DNA of 60,065 nt from a virus. Its lineage: Duplodnaviria; Caudoviricetes. Positions within the stretch are counted from its first letter, which is position 1. Every line of letters begins with the position of its first letter. The stretch covers positions 1-60,065 of the IMG/VR virus record IMGVR_UViG_3300025120_000052, one strand, 5' to 3'. Positions 26,542 to 36,745 of this stretch are shown here, one piece after another. Below the pieces are notes generated by a model. That model ran no database searches. It had not been told where the DNA came from and saw only the letters and a list, made by a program, of their open reading frames with translations. Both the position numbers and the translations under genes were made by a program.

Positions 26542-28185
26542 ATGTTTAAAGACAACACAGGCTATATGCCTAAAGACCTACAGTTTGACGATGCAGGTCG
26601 TTCCAAATTAATCGACGGCATTACTCAGATGGCTAATGCTGTCAAGAGTACTCTCGGCCCAAGCGGACAAACGGTTCTAATTGAATCGCCTCACCACCTT
26701 CATGGCATCACGGTAACCAAGGACGGTGTTACTGTAGCTAAAGCGGTTGACCTTATTGACCCTGTCGAGAACCTTGCGGTTCGTATGATGAAAGAGGCAT
26801 CAGACCGTACAGCTTCTGAGGCAGGTGATGGAACGACTACTGCGATTGTACTTACCGAGGCTTTGGTTCGTGCGGGTTATGAAGCACTTGAGTACAAGCA
26901 TCGGGGGATTAATAAGACCAACATGCTTCGCAATGTCGTTTCGTTAACGAATGAGGTCGTTGACTACTTGCAAAAGATTAGCATGCCGTTGACTGAGAAG
27001 CGTATGCTTGATGTAGCTACCATCTCTAGTAATAACGACCCTGTCATTGGTGACATCATTTCCAAGGTCTATAAAGAAGTAGGTAAGGACGGTGTTGTAA
27101 CTGTAGAGAACAGTCAAACTAGTGACACTACGTTTGAGACTACGAAGGGTCTTAAGATTGAGAGAGGGTATACGGCTCCCTTATTTATCAATGACCAAAC
27201 TCGTGATGAGTGTATCCTTGATGACTGCCATGTATTGGTTAGTGATGCAGGCATTGACAACGTCTTGCAGATTGAGAAGATTCTGAATTACATCATCCCT
27301 TCTAATAAGAAGCTATTGATTATCGCTCCTGTATCACAACAGGTTACGAATACCTTGGCTGCGAACGTTATGAAGAACGGTCTGAAGCTATGTGTTATTG
27401 CTCCACCTAACTTTGGATATAAGCAACATGAGTTGATGCAAGACATTGCGGCTGCTGTGAATGCTACCTACTACAGTGAGAAGACGGGTGATGACCTTAG
27501 TCTTATGGAACCTACCGACCTAGGTAAGGTATCCAAGGCTGTTATCTCTCGTGGGTCTACCATCCTCCTGACGAACGAAGAAGAGTCGAGTGATAAGATT
27601 AAGGAGCGTGTAACTCAGTTGCGTGCGGCAGTAAAGAAAGAGAAGGTTAAGTTGGCTAAAGACTTTTTGCGTTCTCGTATCGCAACTCTTACAGGTGGCA
27701 TTGGTGTTATCTATGTAGGAGGACAGACAGACCTAGAACAGAAAGAACTGTATGACCGTGTAGACGATGCGGTATGCGCTGTACGGTCAGCCCTTGAGGA
27801 AGGTATCCTACCGGGAGGGGGAATGGCACTGCACAATGCATGTTTGAATGTAATTGAGAAGCACCTAGAGACTCCTGATGTCGATATGCTTGCCGCTTCT
27901 AGTATGCTGACAGTTGCTCTTAATGCTCCTCTCAATCAGATACTTGTCAATGCAGGTAAAAATTCTGATGAGGTATATCACTATGATTGGCAAAAGGGAG
28001 ATACTCCTTCCGCCACAGAAGGTTACGATGTAAAGAAGAACAAGTATGGCGACCTTATCGAGATGGGGGTTATCGACCCTATGAAGGTTACCAAGGTTGC
28101 ATTGCAGAATGCAGTTTCAGTAGCGTCTACTATTCTATCAACTAATGCCATTATTACTATGGCTCGTGAAATCGGGAAAGAATGA
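26542..28185 (+). CDS. groEL: Chaperonin GroEL (phage type)
   Basis: TLGP.G, VTKDGVTVAK, AGDGTTTA, EEGI.PGGG, GVIDP.KV; lacks the GGM tail. Confidence 0.97.
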   Translation: MFKDNTGYMPKDLQFDDAGRSKLIDGITQMANAVKSTLGPSGQTVLIESPHHLHGITVTKDGVTVAKAVDLIDPVENLAVRMMKEASDRTASEAGDGTTTAIVLTEALVRAGYEALEYKHRGINKTNMLRNVVSLTNEVVDYLQKISMPLTEKRMLDVATISSNNDPVIGDIISKVYKEVGKDGVVTVENSQTSDTTFETTKGLKIERGYTAPLFINDQTRDECILDDCHVLVSDAGIDNVLQIEKILNYIIPSNKKLLIIAPVSQQVTNTLAANVMKNGLKLCVIAPPNFGYKQHELMQDIAAAVNATYYSEKTGDDLSLMEPTDLGKVSKAVISRGSTILLTNEEESSDKIKERVTQLRAAVKKEKVKLAKDFLRSRIATLTGGIGVIYVGGQTDLEQKELYDRVDDAVCAVRSALEEGILPGGGMALHNACLNVIEKHLETPDVDMLAASSMLTVALNAPLNQILVNAGKNSDEVYHYDWQKGDTPSATEGYDVKKNKYGDLIEMGVIDPMKVTKVALQNAVSVASTILSTNAIITMAREIGKE

Positions 28186-28340
28186 AGTGTCCTAATTGCA
28201 GTTGTCAAATGATATGGGGTAATGACCACACCTATGAAGACTACGGTGTAGAAGGAGAAGGCATTGTAACCAACTATTCGTGTCCTACACCATCTACTGA
28301 ATGTAAAGTAGATACTGCTCTAATCTACACAGACTTATGA
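28182..28340 (+). CDS. Small Cys-rich (Zn-ribbon-like) protein, 52 aa
   Basis: MKCPNC...CPTPSTEC; ATGA-coupled to groEL and groES. Confidence 0.7.
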   Translation: MKCPNCSCQMIWGNDHTYEDYGVEGEGIVTNYSCPTPSTECKVDTALIYTDL

Positions 28341-28594
28341 AGCCTATAGGAAAATACATTGCTATTGACCCGATTAAAGAAAAGGTAAAAACTTCAGGGG
28401 GGTTGATACTATCATCTGATGACGTACAAGACTTTCGATACAGAAAGGGGGTAGTCATTAAAGTCGGTACAGAGGTAAACAGCATCAAAGATGGTGATAC
28501 CATCTTCTATGACAAAGGTGCGGGTCATACTATGATGCTTGACGAAACAGTTGTTACTCTGATTCGGGAGCCTGACGTTGTTGTTGTCGTGTAG
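28337..28594 (+). CDS. groES: Co-chaperonin GroES
   Basis: MKPIG, KTSGGLIL mobile loop, G.VI.VG, IK.GD. Confidence 0.93.
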   Translation: MKPIGKYIAIDPIKEKVKTSGGLILSSDDVQDFRYRKGVVIKVGTEVNSIKDGDTIFYDKGAGHTMMLDETVVTLIREPDVVVVV

Positions 28595-29000
28595 CCGCGT
28601 TCATGTCTTCTATCATCCTACGATACACCTTATCGGAATAGGAGACATTCTTTGCAAATAGAGGATTAGAATTTTGAGTGGTGGGGATTTCCTCGCCACT
28701 CAATTTTTTGTAGATAGAATTTACACATCGTCTTCCTTTGTACGATAATTCGTACAATGCTTTTCGGTTTCCACTGCGTTTACGGAAGACGGTTATCCAA
28801 TCATCTTTTAGTAAACGATTGAACCTATTGACATCCCAACTAAGGAGTTTATCAAACTCTTTGAATTTGTCTTTACTAAAGTATCCTTCGCTGTAAAGAA
28901 AGAGCAAGACATCAAGGTCGGCTTGGCTTAATCCGTACTTAGCTTTGACAAAGTATCTTATTACTCGCCAAAACTTTAGGTAGTCGTTAGGTCGATTCAA
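28554..29000 (-). CDS. Winged-helix (MarR-like) DNA-binding protein
   Basis: YGLS.ADL.VL.FL...LY.LS.KG pattern; lone antisense gene; TTG start. Confidence 0.6.
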   Translation of the reverse strand: MNRPNDYLKFWRVIRYFVKAKYGLSQADLDVLLFLYSEGYFSKDKFKEFDKLLSWDVNRFNRLLKDDWITVFRKRSGNRKALYELSYKGRRCVNSIYKKLSGEEIPTTQNSNPLFAKNVSYSDKVYRRMIEDMNAATRQQQRQAPESE

Positions 29001-29044
29001 GTGGATTTTTTTTGCTGTAACTTTACAAAGTTAAACGTATTACT

Positions 29045-29260
29045 ATGGCTGAAGAGAAAGAAGAGAAAAAGTCCTTGGAGCAACAGTTCACTGACATTAG
29101 TGATGCAGCAGCTAAGAGACGTGCAGAGCGTCGTGCAGCTAGGACTAAGATGAGGAGTGAGAAAGCAAAGAAGCGTCGTGCCAAGCGCAAGACAGCTTCA
29201 GCGGGAAACAGCATATCAGGGCTGCGTGGGATGCGAGGATTTTATGGCTCTAAACAATAA
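29045..29260 (+). CDS. Small Lys/Arg-rich protein
   Basis: ORF track. Confidence 0.7.
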   Translation: MAEEKEEKKSLEQQFTDISDAAAKRRAERRAARTKMRSEKAKKRRAKRKTASAGNSISGLRGMRGFYGSKQ

Positions 29261-29265
29261 TAGTC

Positions 29266-29421
29266 ATGGCTAGTAAAGGACGCACAAAAGGAAATAAAAT
29301 TTGTCCCGCAGGAATAGCATGGGCAAAACGAACGTTTGACCGCTACCCATCTGCTTATGCTAACATGGCAGCAAGCAAGTATTGCAAAGACCCTAACTAC
29401 GCAAAAAAATCAAAGAAGTAA
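29266..29421 (+). CDS. Small basic protein (51 aa, ...AKRTFDRYPSAYAN...)
   Basis: Hand-translated; YPSAYAN motif recurs in aquatic phage proteins. Confidence 0.75.
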   Translation: MASKGRTKGNKICPAGIAWAKRTFDRYPSAYANMAASKYCKDPNYAKKSKK

Positions 29422-29540
29422 TGGACAAGGCAAAACTCCGAACCATATCAGCAGAACTTAAAAAAGCGTCTGCTATGCATAAAGGTCAAGCTGCAAAGAT
29501 TGACAAGATGTTGAAATCAATGAATCCCAAAAAAAAATAA
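29421..29540 (+). CDS. Small basic protein (39 aa, MDKAKLRTIS...)
   Basis: Hand-translated; TAATG coupling. Confidence 0.65.
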   Translation: MDKAKLRTISAELKKASAMHKGQAAKIDKMLKSMNPKKK

Positions 29541-29542
29541 TC

Positions 29543-29695
29543 ATGCCTACAGTAACTAGTAAAGCAGGAAAGCGTGTGTTCCCATACAACGCAGTTGGAA
29601 AGGCTCAAGCAGACTCTTTCGCTAAAATGAACAAGGGTAAAGTCAAAAACAATCCCGGCTATGGGATGGAAAAGAAGATGAAGTCCTCTTACTGA
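29543..29695 (+). CDS. Small basic protein (50 aa, MPTVTSKAGKRVFPY...)
   Basis: Hand-translated; TGATG coupling. Confidence 0.7.
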   Translation: MPTVTSKAGKRVFPYNAVGKAQADSFAKMNKGKVKNNPGYGMEKKMKSSY

Positions 29696-29934
29696 TGGGA
29701 GAGTTAAAGAAGTGGCGAGATGAAAAGTGGGTGCGAATTGGCACTGACGGTTCTATTAAAGGTGCTTGCGGAACTAGCAAGAACAAGAAGAATCCTGACC
29801 GCTGTCTTCCTTTAGCTAAAGCAAAGAGCATGAGTAAAGCTGAGCGTGCAGCTACGGCTCGACGTAAAAAGAAGAAGGGGGGGACTAAAAAGCAATTTGT
29901 TTCGAACACTGCTGCAGGCAGAGTAAGTAGATAG
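29695..29934 (+). CDS. Small basic protein (DUF5872-like)
   Basis: LKKW..EKWV...CG...RCLP pattern. Confidence 0.7.
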   Translation: MGELKKWRDEKWVRIGTDGSIKGACGTSKNKKNPDRCLPLAKAKSMSKAERAATARRKKKKGGTKKQFVSNTAAGRVSR

Positions 29935-29936
29935 AC

Positions 29937-30227
29937 ATGGCCGACAAGAGCAAGATGAAATGCAACGTGGTCACTCGAAGTGACAGAGCGGGCAAAAAGA
30001 AAATGGTTAAGGCTTGCTCTAACGGCAAAGAGAAGTTGATTCACTTTGGTGCGAAGGGCTATGGTCACAACTATTCTGCTGCTGCACGCAAGTCATTTCG
30101 TGCACGACACAAGTGCGGAACTGCAACGAATAAAATGAGTGCTCGCTATTGGGCATGCAAAAAATTATGGGGCGGCCCCGGAAAGTCCACGGCCTCTTCG
30201 CCAAAAAAGCGACAAGGAAAATATTAG
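29937..30227 (+). CDS. Small basic protein (DUF6321-like)
   Basis: K.IHFG..G...RKSFRARHKC...SARYWAC..LW pattern. Confidence 0.75.
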   Translation: MADKSKMKCNVVTRSDRAGKKKMVKACSNGKEKLIHFGAKGYGHNYSAAARKSFRARHKCGTATNKMSARYWACKKLWGGPGKSTASSPKKRQGKY

Positions 30228-30254
30228 TATCTTTGAAGCATTAATACTCTTATC

Positions 30255-30458
30255 ATGAAAAAGCAAGGATACAATTCTCGCCTAGACGAATCTCTTGGAG
30301 CGCGTAACGGAAAGAAGTCACAGTCTATGAAATCCCGTCGGGACGAATCTAAGGCTATGGCTAAGAAGATGGACGGCCATGCGTATGGTGCAGACCACTC
30401 TATGAAGTATTACCCTAAGAGCGTGAAAGGACATTTGGGTGGCCTCATCCGAAAGTAA
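30255..30458 (+). CDS. Small basic protein
   Basis: ORF track; follows a promoter. Confidence 0.7.
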   Translation: MKKQGYNSRLDESLGARNGKKSQSMKSRRDESKAMAKKMDGHAYGADHSMKYYPKSVKGHLGGLIRK

Positions 30459-30462
30459 TAAC

Positions 30463-30615
30463 ATGAAGTCAAAAGGATTAGGCGATACCATTGAAAAGGT
30501 AACTAGGGTTACGGGCATTAAGCGCGTAGTAGATACCGTTTCTAAGGCTACAGGAAAAGACTGTGGTTGTGGAGAGCGTCGTGATTCTTTAAATCGCAAA
30601 TTCCCGTATAGCTAA
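30463..30615 (+). CDS. Small protein (50 aa, MKSKGLGDTIEK...DCGC..RR..LN)
   Basis: Hand-translated; GLGD...CGC pattern. Confidence 0.75.
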   Translation: MKSKGLGDTIEKVTRVTGIKRVVDTVSKATGKDCGCGERRDSLNRKFPYS

Positions 30616-31178
30616 TGGCTACTATTCCAAACGACCAAAAGTTCCACACTATCGCTTCTGATGTGGACACGACTAATCGAGGCTCTGCAACTGCAAACGC
30701 TGACCGTCGTACATATACAATGCAAGACATTGCCGATACTGTAAGTGGTGGTAGTGGAGGTGCTGTTGATTCTATTGTAGCGGGTAACAATACTAGCATT
30801 TCCCCTGTTGGAGGAACGGGTAACGTTACCATAAATGCAGATATTGGTGGCAGTGGAACTCTTAACCAATTCGCTCTTTTCACTGCTAGTGGCACTATAG
30901 GAAACTCCCTTTTGTCTGCAAGCACATCGGGAGGTCTTAATTTTATTACTGCAGGAAGCGGTTCCGCTCCTGTTAGTCTTTTGTTTCCAACAGCGTCTAA
31001 TATTATATTTCAAACTCAGGGTTCTGCTCCTACTAGTGGGTCTACCGCAGGAAGCGCAGGTCAGATGGTTTTATATCACGGAGACGAGACTGACGCTGAT
31101 AACGGTATTTATGTGTGCGTAGTTGCGGGTGTGGCAGGTTCGGCTAAGTGGACTAAGTCGGCATTAACAAACGTCTAA
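30615..31178 (+). CDS. Putative fibre/structural protein
   Basis: Gly/Ser/Thr-rich; V.SI.AG.N..ISP..GTGNVTIN fibre repeat. Confidence 0.65.
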   Translation: MATIPNDQKFHTIASDVDTTNRGSATANADRRTYTMQDIADTVSGGSGGAVDSIVAGNNTSISPVGGTGNVTINADIGGSGTLNQFALFTASGTIGNSLLSASTSGGLNFITAGSGSAPVSLLFPTASNIIFQTQGSAPTSGSTAGSAGQMVLYHGDETDADNGIYVCVVAGVAGSAKWTKSALTNV

Positions 31179-31184
31179 GAAACT

Positions 31185-31892
31185 ATGGCATATCAAAAAT
31201 TACAACCCACTCAGGCCGTAGCTGTTAGCCTCTCTGATACAATCAATGTTATTAGTCCTAGTCAGCCTGCTATCGCTAGTGGAGTATCTGACAAGACTAT
31301 CACGAATAACGCTCGTGACCTTTCGGTAGCTACGCTTTCCTTTACAGGCAATCCTACTACCATTACGGCTAGTAAATTGACTGACGATACTGCTGATTTT
31401 TCTAGCGTTGTAGTGGGTAACACCGTTATTAATCAGTCAGGAGACACTACTCATGTTACTGCAGTTGATAGTTCCACTACGTTGAGTTTGGCAGATAACA
31501 TCTTCAGTGATGTGGCTGACGTATATGAAATCTATACGGGCGGCTTCCTCGGTGTGGTAAGCGTTGATGACGTAGTATGGAATTACACTGACAACACTTT
31601 TACTGCGGTAGCTGCCGTTTATTCAGCGGAGTTGGAGTTGGACTCTAACATTGTTGCGGTAGGAGAAGACTTTAGGATTTACGGAACGGTAGGCCAAGCC
31701 AACTCTAATACAGAGCCTTTTGTTTTATATGTAGGCGACGGGGCTGCTGCGGCTAACAACGTTAAAGTTCTTACTGCTGCGGGCAATGAGGTTGTGTTTA
31801 AGAATGTCCCTAAGGGAGACTACATTCCTGTTCAATGCTTGCGTGTTTTCGCTACGGGAACTAACGCTACCGACCTTGTCGCACTATGGTAA
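31185..31892 (+). CDS. Putative structural (spike-base-like) protein
   Basis: LYVG...V.F.NVP.G..IPV...RV.ATGT.AT..VALW C-terminus. Confidence 0.6.
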   Translation: MAYQKLQPTQAVAVSLSDTINVISPSQPAIASGVSDKTITNNARDLSVATLSFTGNPTTITASKLTDDTADFSSVVVGNTVINQSGDTTHVTAVDSSTTLSLADNIFSDVADVYEIYTGGFLGVVSVDDVVWNYTDNTFTAVAAVYSAELELDSNIVAVGEDFRIYGTVGQANSNTEPFVLYVGDGAAAANNVKVLTAAGNEVVFKNVPKGDYIPVQCLRVFATGTNATDLVALW

Positions 31893-32035
31893 TTTCTATT
31901 TCCATTTTAGTATGAGCAAGTCTTCCCGATGGACGAGCACGTGTACGGTAAATGCAAATATTACCTACACAGTAACGAGAGTTTAAACTCTCGTTTCTCA
32001 AAAAACGGCTATAGATTATCTCTTATCTTTGGGGT

Positions 32036-32755
32036 ATGGCAAGAATCAGTACATATCCTTTAGACACTGTCATAGTAGGCACCGATAAATGGATTGGCAG
32101 TGATTCACAGAATTTTTTTGCGACTAAAAATTTTACCGCTGACGCGGTAGCTGAGTTTATTAACGGCTCTAATAAAGTAGAGTCGCATTCTTTGCGTTAT
32201 AAGTACGAGGATTTTACTAATCCTCCGGGACGCGAACAGGGAACGATTAGCTTTCAGGTTACCAAAGGAGCAGACGTTCCTTTTAGTACGGTAAGTGCTT
32301 TTGTTATTAGTGAGTTCCAACAGAACAGACCGCTAGATTCCCTTTCTAATTTCTACACTACTCCCTTATCAGGGTCTTTAGTAATGATTTCTGAATGCGA
32401 TGCAATTTCGAATTGGGGAATTTTTACGTGGACAAGTAGTAGCCTCAATAGCCTAGGCTTTTATGACATACTCCTTAGCTACGTAAGCGGGCCGGGGAAA
32501 TTCATTGATGAAAAGGACTACTTTATTAGCATACTTCAGTATGATGTAAATTTGTCGAATGACAAAAACTTTGTCTACACTCAAGCAGTAGCATCAAACA
32601 TATGGCAAGTCACTCATAATCTCAATAAGTATTGTGCTGTAACGGTTACCGACACAAATGAATTTGAGATATTTCCAAACATAGAATACACGAGTCTCAA
32701 TACAGTAACCATTACATTTAGCACCGCGGTAGCGGGCTTCGCATACTTTAACTAA
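32036..32755 (+). CDS. Putative tail/structural protein
   Basis: MARISTYP N-terminus shared with 37198; W..THNL C-terminal module. Confidence 0.65.
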   Translation: MARISTYPLDTVIVGTDKWIGSDSQNFFATKNFTADAVAEFINGSNKVESHSLRYKYEDFTNPPGREQGTISFQVTKGADVPFSTVSAFVISEFQQNRPLDSLSNFYTTPLSGSLVMISECDAISNWGIFTWTSSSLNSLGFYDILLSYVSGPGKFIDEKDYFISILQYDVNLSNDKNFVYTQAVASNIWQVTHNLNKYCAVTVTDTNEFEIFPNIEYTSLNTVTITFSTAVAGFAYFN

Positions 32756-32761
32756 CGCATC

Positions 32762-34480
32762 ATGGCAATTAAGTTTTTTGACGACATATCTCTTGACAAG
32801 CAAGAGATTCAATCGGTAGCCCTAGAGAATCTAGCGAGCAACCCCGCTAGTCCCAATTCGGGACAGATTTATTTTAATACAGGCACTGACGCTATTCGCT
32901 ACTACGATGGCGCGGCTTGGATTGAACTAGATGGCTCAGGTAACGTAGACAGCGTTACAGGTAGTAATGGTTTGATTAATGCAGGCAATGTTACTGTTGT
33001 AGACATTGAGCCTGACTACACCTCAGCTACTAACATCGTTCTTGCAGCAGCAGGCACAGATACGCTCGTGGCTGCTTCTAATGTTCTTGTTAGTGTAGGC
33101 AACACTGTTGGGCCTTATAGCCTTACTGACCTTGGGGCTATTATTAACCCATTGGGCTTTGAAAGTTGGATTGCAGCCGGAGATGCGGGTAATTCCCTAA
33201 CAGTAAATTCTACTGACTCTACTGTCTATTTTGGAGGCGGTCTTAAGATGAGTACTCTTTCCATCCCGGCTGCAGGAGGCTCAACGCCTGAAATTCAGAT
33301 TATCCATGAGAATCAGACTCGTACTGATACCACGAGCGCAGCGGCACCCGGAACAGGCGCAACCTTTACCGCTATTGACAGCGTGTCGAGTGACTCTACA
33401 GGTCACGTAACAGGTGTCAACCTAAAGACAGTTACGCTTCCTACCGCATCTAATATTACGTATACCTTACCTGTCGCGGCAGGTGCAGCCAATACGGCTG
33501 AGATAGTATTGACTCCATCGTCAGGGTCAACAGGTGGTACTGTAACTATTGCAGGAACTACCGCTGAGATTGCTATTACTGAGACCGTAGGTAGTGGTAC
33601 TATCACCATTGGCCTTCCTGATGATGTAACTATTGCAAACGACCTTACTGTTACTGCCGACATGAGTGCGGTGCAGGCTACTCTTACGGGTAACTTGACA
33701 GGTACTACAGCGACCTTTTCAGGTCAGGTAACTATTCCGCAGGTTCCAACAGCTGCTGCGCATGCAGCTTCTAAGAATTATGTAGATACAACACTTGCAG
33801 GTTCAGGAGCATTAATCTTCCAAGGAGGCTATAACGCATCTGCGGCACCTCCCACAGGCGCAGCTGTCCTTAAAGGATTTACCTATGTAGTAACTACAGC
33901 AGGTGATGGTAGTGGGTTCTTTACTACTACGCTAGAGATTGGTGATTTGATTATCTCCAATCAAGACAACCCAACTAGCGAGGCAGATTGGACAGAGGTT
34001 CAGAACAATATCGACAAGGCTACCAATAGCATTGAAGGTATTTCAAAGTTCTTAGTTGCTAACGGCTTTGCAACAATGACGACAGCAGGCCAACCTGCTA
34101 TCCCTGCTCAGACTGCATTTACAACAGAAGGTTCTGCTTCAAGTGTTCCTGTCATTACAACTAATGCCTTTGGTGCTGTAACTTTAATTACGGATACTAC
34201 CATTGATATTACTGCATCGCAGGTATCAAACTTTAATGCTACGGTAGAAGGGCTTATTGATGGGTACCGATTTACTTCAGCAGCCTTTGGAGGCAGCACT
34301 ACGGCTACCATCAACCACTCTTTAGGTTCAGTAAATGTATTGGTGCAGGTGTTCTTAGTGGCAGATGGAACGACTGTCTTTGCTAAGACTGCTCGAACCG
34401 ATGCTAACAATGTAACTCTTACGTTTAGTACTGCTCCTGCCGCAGCTTCAATGAAGTGTGTTATTGTTAAATGCGACTAA
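32762..34480 (+). CDS. Tail fibre-like protein
   Basis: GQIYFNT....YYDG..W, HAASKNYVD and D..GHVT fibre motifs. Confidence 0.75.
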   Translation: MAIKFFDDISLDKQEIQSVALENLASNPASPNSGQIYFNTGTDAIRYYDGAAWIELDGSGNVDSVTGSNGLINAGNVTVVDIEPDYTSATNIVLAAAGTDTLVAASNVLVSVGNTVGPYSLTDLGAIINPLGFESWIAAGDAGNSLTVNSTDSTVYFGGGLKMSTLSIPAAGGSTPEIQIIHENQTRTDTTSAAAPGTGATFTAIDSVSSDSTGHVTGVNLKTVTLPTASNITYTLPVAAGAANTAEIVLTPSSGSTGGTVTIAGTTAEIAITETVGSGTITIGLPDDVTIANDLTVTADMSAVQATLTGNLTGTTATFSGQVTIPQVPTAAAHAASKNYVDTTLAGSGALIFQGGYNASAAPPTGAAVLKGFTYVVTTAGDGSGFFTTTLEIGDLIISNQDNPTSEADWTEVQNNIDKATNSIEGISKFLVANGFATMTTAGQPAIPAQTAFTTEGSASSVPVITTNAFGAVTLITDTTIDITASQVSNFNATVEGLIDGYRFTSAAFGGSTTATINHSLGSVNVLVQVFLVADGTTVFAKTARTDANNVTLTFSTAPAAASMKCVIVKCD

Positions 34481-34486
34481 TCCGCT

Positions 34487-35908
34487 ATGTCAAACATCAA
34501 ATTCTTAGATGATGTAGGTATAGAGAGCGATAGCACTCTCACAATGGCATCGTCTTTAGGGAGTGAATATCTTACCATTGACAACAATAACTCGACAGGT
34601 TCTACAAGTTCTTTTTTGCGGTTGGGCAATGCGAGTGTAGATACCTCATTAACCATAGAAAGAAATAATGGCGAGGCGTATGTGTTTTTATCGGTAGGTC
34701 AATTAACATTTTATGTTGATGGCGAGGTGCCATCAATGCTTCAATTTTTTTCGACCACGCCACAAACTCTAATTTTTGGTCGTCTTACTGTAGCTGTTGC
34801 TGCGGGGCAAACTTCGGGTAGTTCTATAGAATTTAGGGAGGCAGCAACTAGCGGGACAAATTTCGTAAGGCTCAAGGCTGCTGATTCAATAACAGCAAGC
34901 CAAGATTATACCTTGCCAACTAATTATCCTAGTAGCAACGGTCAGGTTCTAAGTTCTACTACAGCGGGAGTAATGTCTTGGAGTACGGGGGGAACGGGTG
35001 ACACTAACATCGCCAACACAAACTTAACCCTTGACGCAAATAGAACAACTTCTCTTGGTACCTTTAGTTTAGACATCAACTCCGGTTCAGGAAACGTATT
35101 GGATTTGACTTCTTCTAATGTTCAAATCTATAACGCGCTTTATCTAAGAACAGACAGTACTACGACTGCGCCTGAAATGCGATTTTCAGAGGGAACGGGT
35201 AATGACTATATCGGTCTTAAAGCACCTGACACTCTTTCCGCAGGCACTGTTTTTACTTTACCTGCTACTGATGGAACGGCAGGTCAAGTATTACAGACTG
35301 ATGGAAGCGGAGGTCTTTCCTTTGCAACAGGGGGTACCGGGGGCAATTCTTCGTTTAGTTTGATTTCTGCAGGAGGTAGGGTTACGATTAACACGACCTC
35401 TGATGCTAATGCGAGAATCATTGTGCTTGGCGGAGGTTTAGGTGTTAACTACTTCAATTGGACTACATTCATGGCAAATGGTAGCCCTAGCTTTATTTCT
35501 CTTGGAACTCCGGGGACAAGCACTACGTTGGGGGTGCCTTATAACACTAACAATGCGGCATTTGTAAGTCCTAAATCGGGAAAAATAACAATGACCGGAA
35601 CTGTAGAGTTTCCCTCCCAATCAGAAACTCAAAATAATCAATGTTTCTTTTACATTTTTAGGTATCCCTCATCTCTTGTTACCGCAATGGCAAATGGTAC
35701 TTACGTCGCTTCAACGCAGATGACGCTTGTGGGGTCAGCGTCAGTTACCGTTCCTAGTGCTAGTCAAAACATTATTCCAATGTCCTTTACAGTAGGGGGC
35801 AATATCACCGCTAATTCAGGTGAGTATTTTTTTGCAGCATTTGCATACCGAGGAACAGTTTCAGGTAGTCGGTACTTCACGATTAACTATAACCTATTCA
35901 CTGAATAA
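34487..35908 (+). CDS. Tail fibre / receptor-binding-like protein
   Basis: Two copies of LKA.D......TLP...G..GQVL.T.G.G.LS(W/F). Confidence 0.75.
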   Translation: MSNIKFLDDVGIESDSTLTMASSLGSEYLTIDNNNSTGSTSSFLRLGNASVDTSLTIERNNGEAYVFLSVGQLTFYVDGEVPSMLQFFSTTPQTLIFGRLTVAVAAGQTSGSSIEFREAATSGTNFVRLKAADSITASQDYTLPTNYPSSNGQVLSSTTAGVMSWSTGGTGDTNIANTNLTLDANRTTSLGTFSLDINSGSGNVLDLTSSNVQIYNALYLRTDSTTTAPEMRFSEGTGNDYIGLKAPDTLSAGTVFTLPATDGTAGQVLQTDGSGGLSFATGGTGGNSSFSLISAGGRVTINTTSDANARIIVLGGGLGVNYFNWTTFMANGSPSFISLGTPGTSTTLGVPYNTNNAAFVSPKSGKITMTGTVEFPSQSETQNNQCFFYIFRYPSSLVTAMANGTYVASTQMTLVGSASVTVPSASQNIIPMSFTVGGNITANSGEYFFAAFAYRGTVSGSRYFTINYNLFTE

Positions 35909-36105
35909 TGAGCATTGACCCAAACACCATTTTACCTGATGAAGTTGAGCAATCGTATGATGGCCTTCAACAGATAAAAGATTACATCCCTACCACTAAC
36001 GACACGTCTGCTCAGGTTCGTGATAAGGTTAGAAAACTTGCGGCTTATCTTTACAAGTATCTAGAACACAATAACCCGGAGATTCCGTCTCCACCACCGA
36101 AATAG
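35908..36105 (+). CDS. Hypothetical protein
   Basis: 65 aa, coupled to the fibre gene. Confidence 0.65.
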   Translation: MSIDPNTILPDEVEQSYDGLQQIKDYIPTTNDTSAQVRDKVRKLAAYLYKYLEHNNPEIPSPPPK

Positions 36106-36110
36106 AAATA

Positions 36111-36317
36111 ATGGAGTATGAATTAGTGGCGATTGCAGTAGGACTATTGTCGGGATTAATTGGGACTTGGATTAAGATGACTAATGAGGTCACGAAAATC
36201 AAGTCTAGGTTGTTTTCTCTAGAGAAACAAGAGACTAAAGTTCAGCAGACATTAGATGTACTAGTAGAAGGAATCAATGAGATTAAACTTCTTCTTGCGA
36301 AGAAAGGCATTCAATGA
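36111..36317 (+). CDS. Putative holin-like membrane protein
   Basis: N-terminal TM plus coiled coil; directly before the endolysin. Confidence 0.55.
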   Translation: MEYELVAIAVGLLSGLIGTWIKMTNEVTKIKSRLFSLEKQETKVQQTLDVLVEGINEIKLLLAKKGIQ

Positions 36318-36742
36318 GAGATTTAGAAAGAATCATACTTCATTGCGCTGCTACTCCCGAAGGAAGAGAGGTAAGTGTAGACACTATTCGCAAGTGGCAT
36401 ACTGACCCTCCTCCTCAGGGTAATGGATGGTCAGATATTGGATACCACTATGTAATCCATCTTGACGGTCTAATAGAGATTGGTCGCCCTGTTTCTATTC
36501 AAGGTGCTCACACATCGGGAGAAAATGAAGACTCTATTGGGGTTTGTTATGTTGGAGGAGTGGACAAGGATTTAGTCCCTAAAGACACTATGACTGTCCA
36601 ACAAGAGATAGCCTTTGTAGATTTGGTTAAAAGTTTACGACTTACTTTTGGTTACTTAAGTCTTCACGGACACAATGAATATTCATCCAAAGCCTGTCCT
36701 TCTTTCTCTGTAGAGGAGAAGTTCGGCTTTCTAAACAAATAA
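36314..36742 (+). CDS. Endolysin, N-acetylmuramoyl-L-alanine amidase (T7 lysozyme-like)
   Basis: IILHCAAT, GW.DIGYHY, GAH, SIGVCYVGG, GH.E...KACP. Confidence 0.95.
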   Translation: MRDLERIILHCAATPEGREVSVDTIRKWHTDPPPQGNGWSDIGYHYVIHLDGLIEIGRPVSIQGAHTSGENEDSIGVCYVGGVDKDLVPKDTMTVQQEIAFVDLVKSLRLTFGYLSLHGHNEYSSKACPSFSVEEKFGFLNK

Positions 36743-36745
36743 GCT

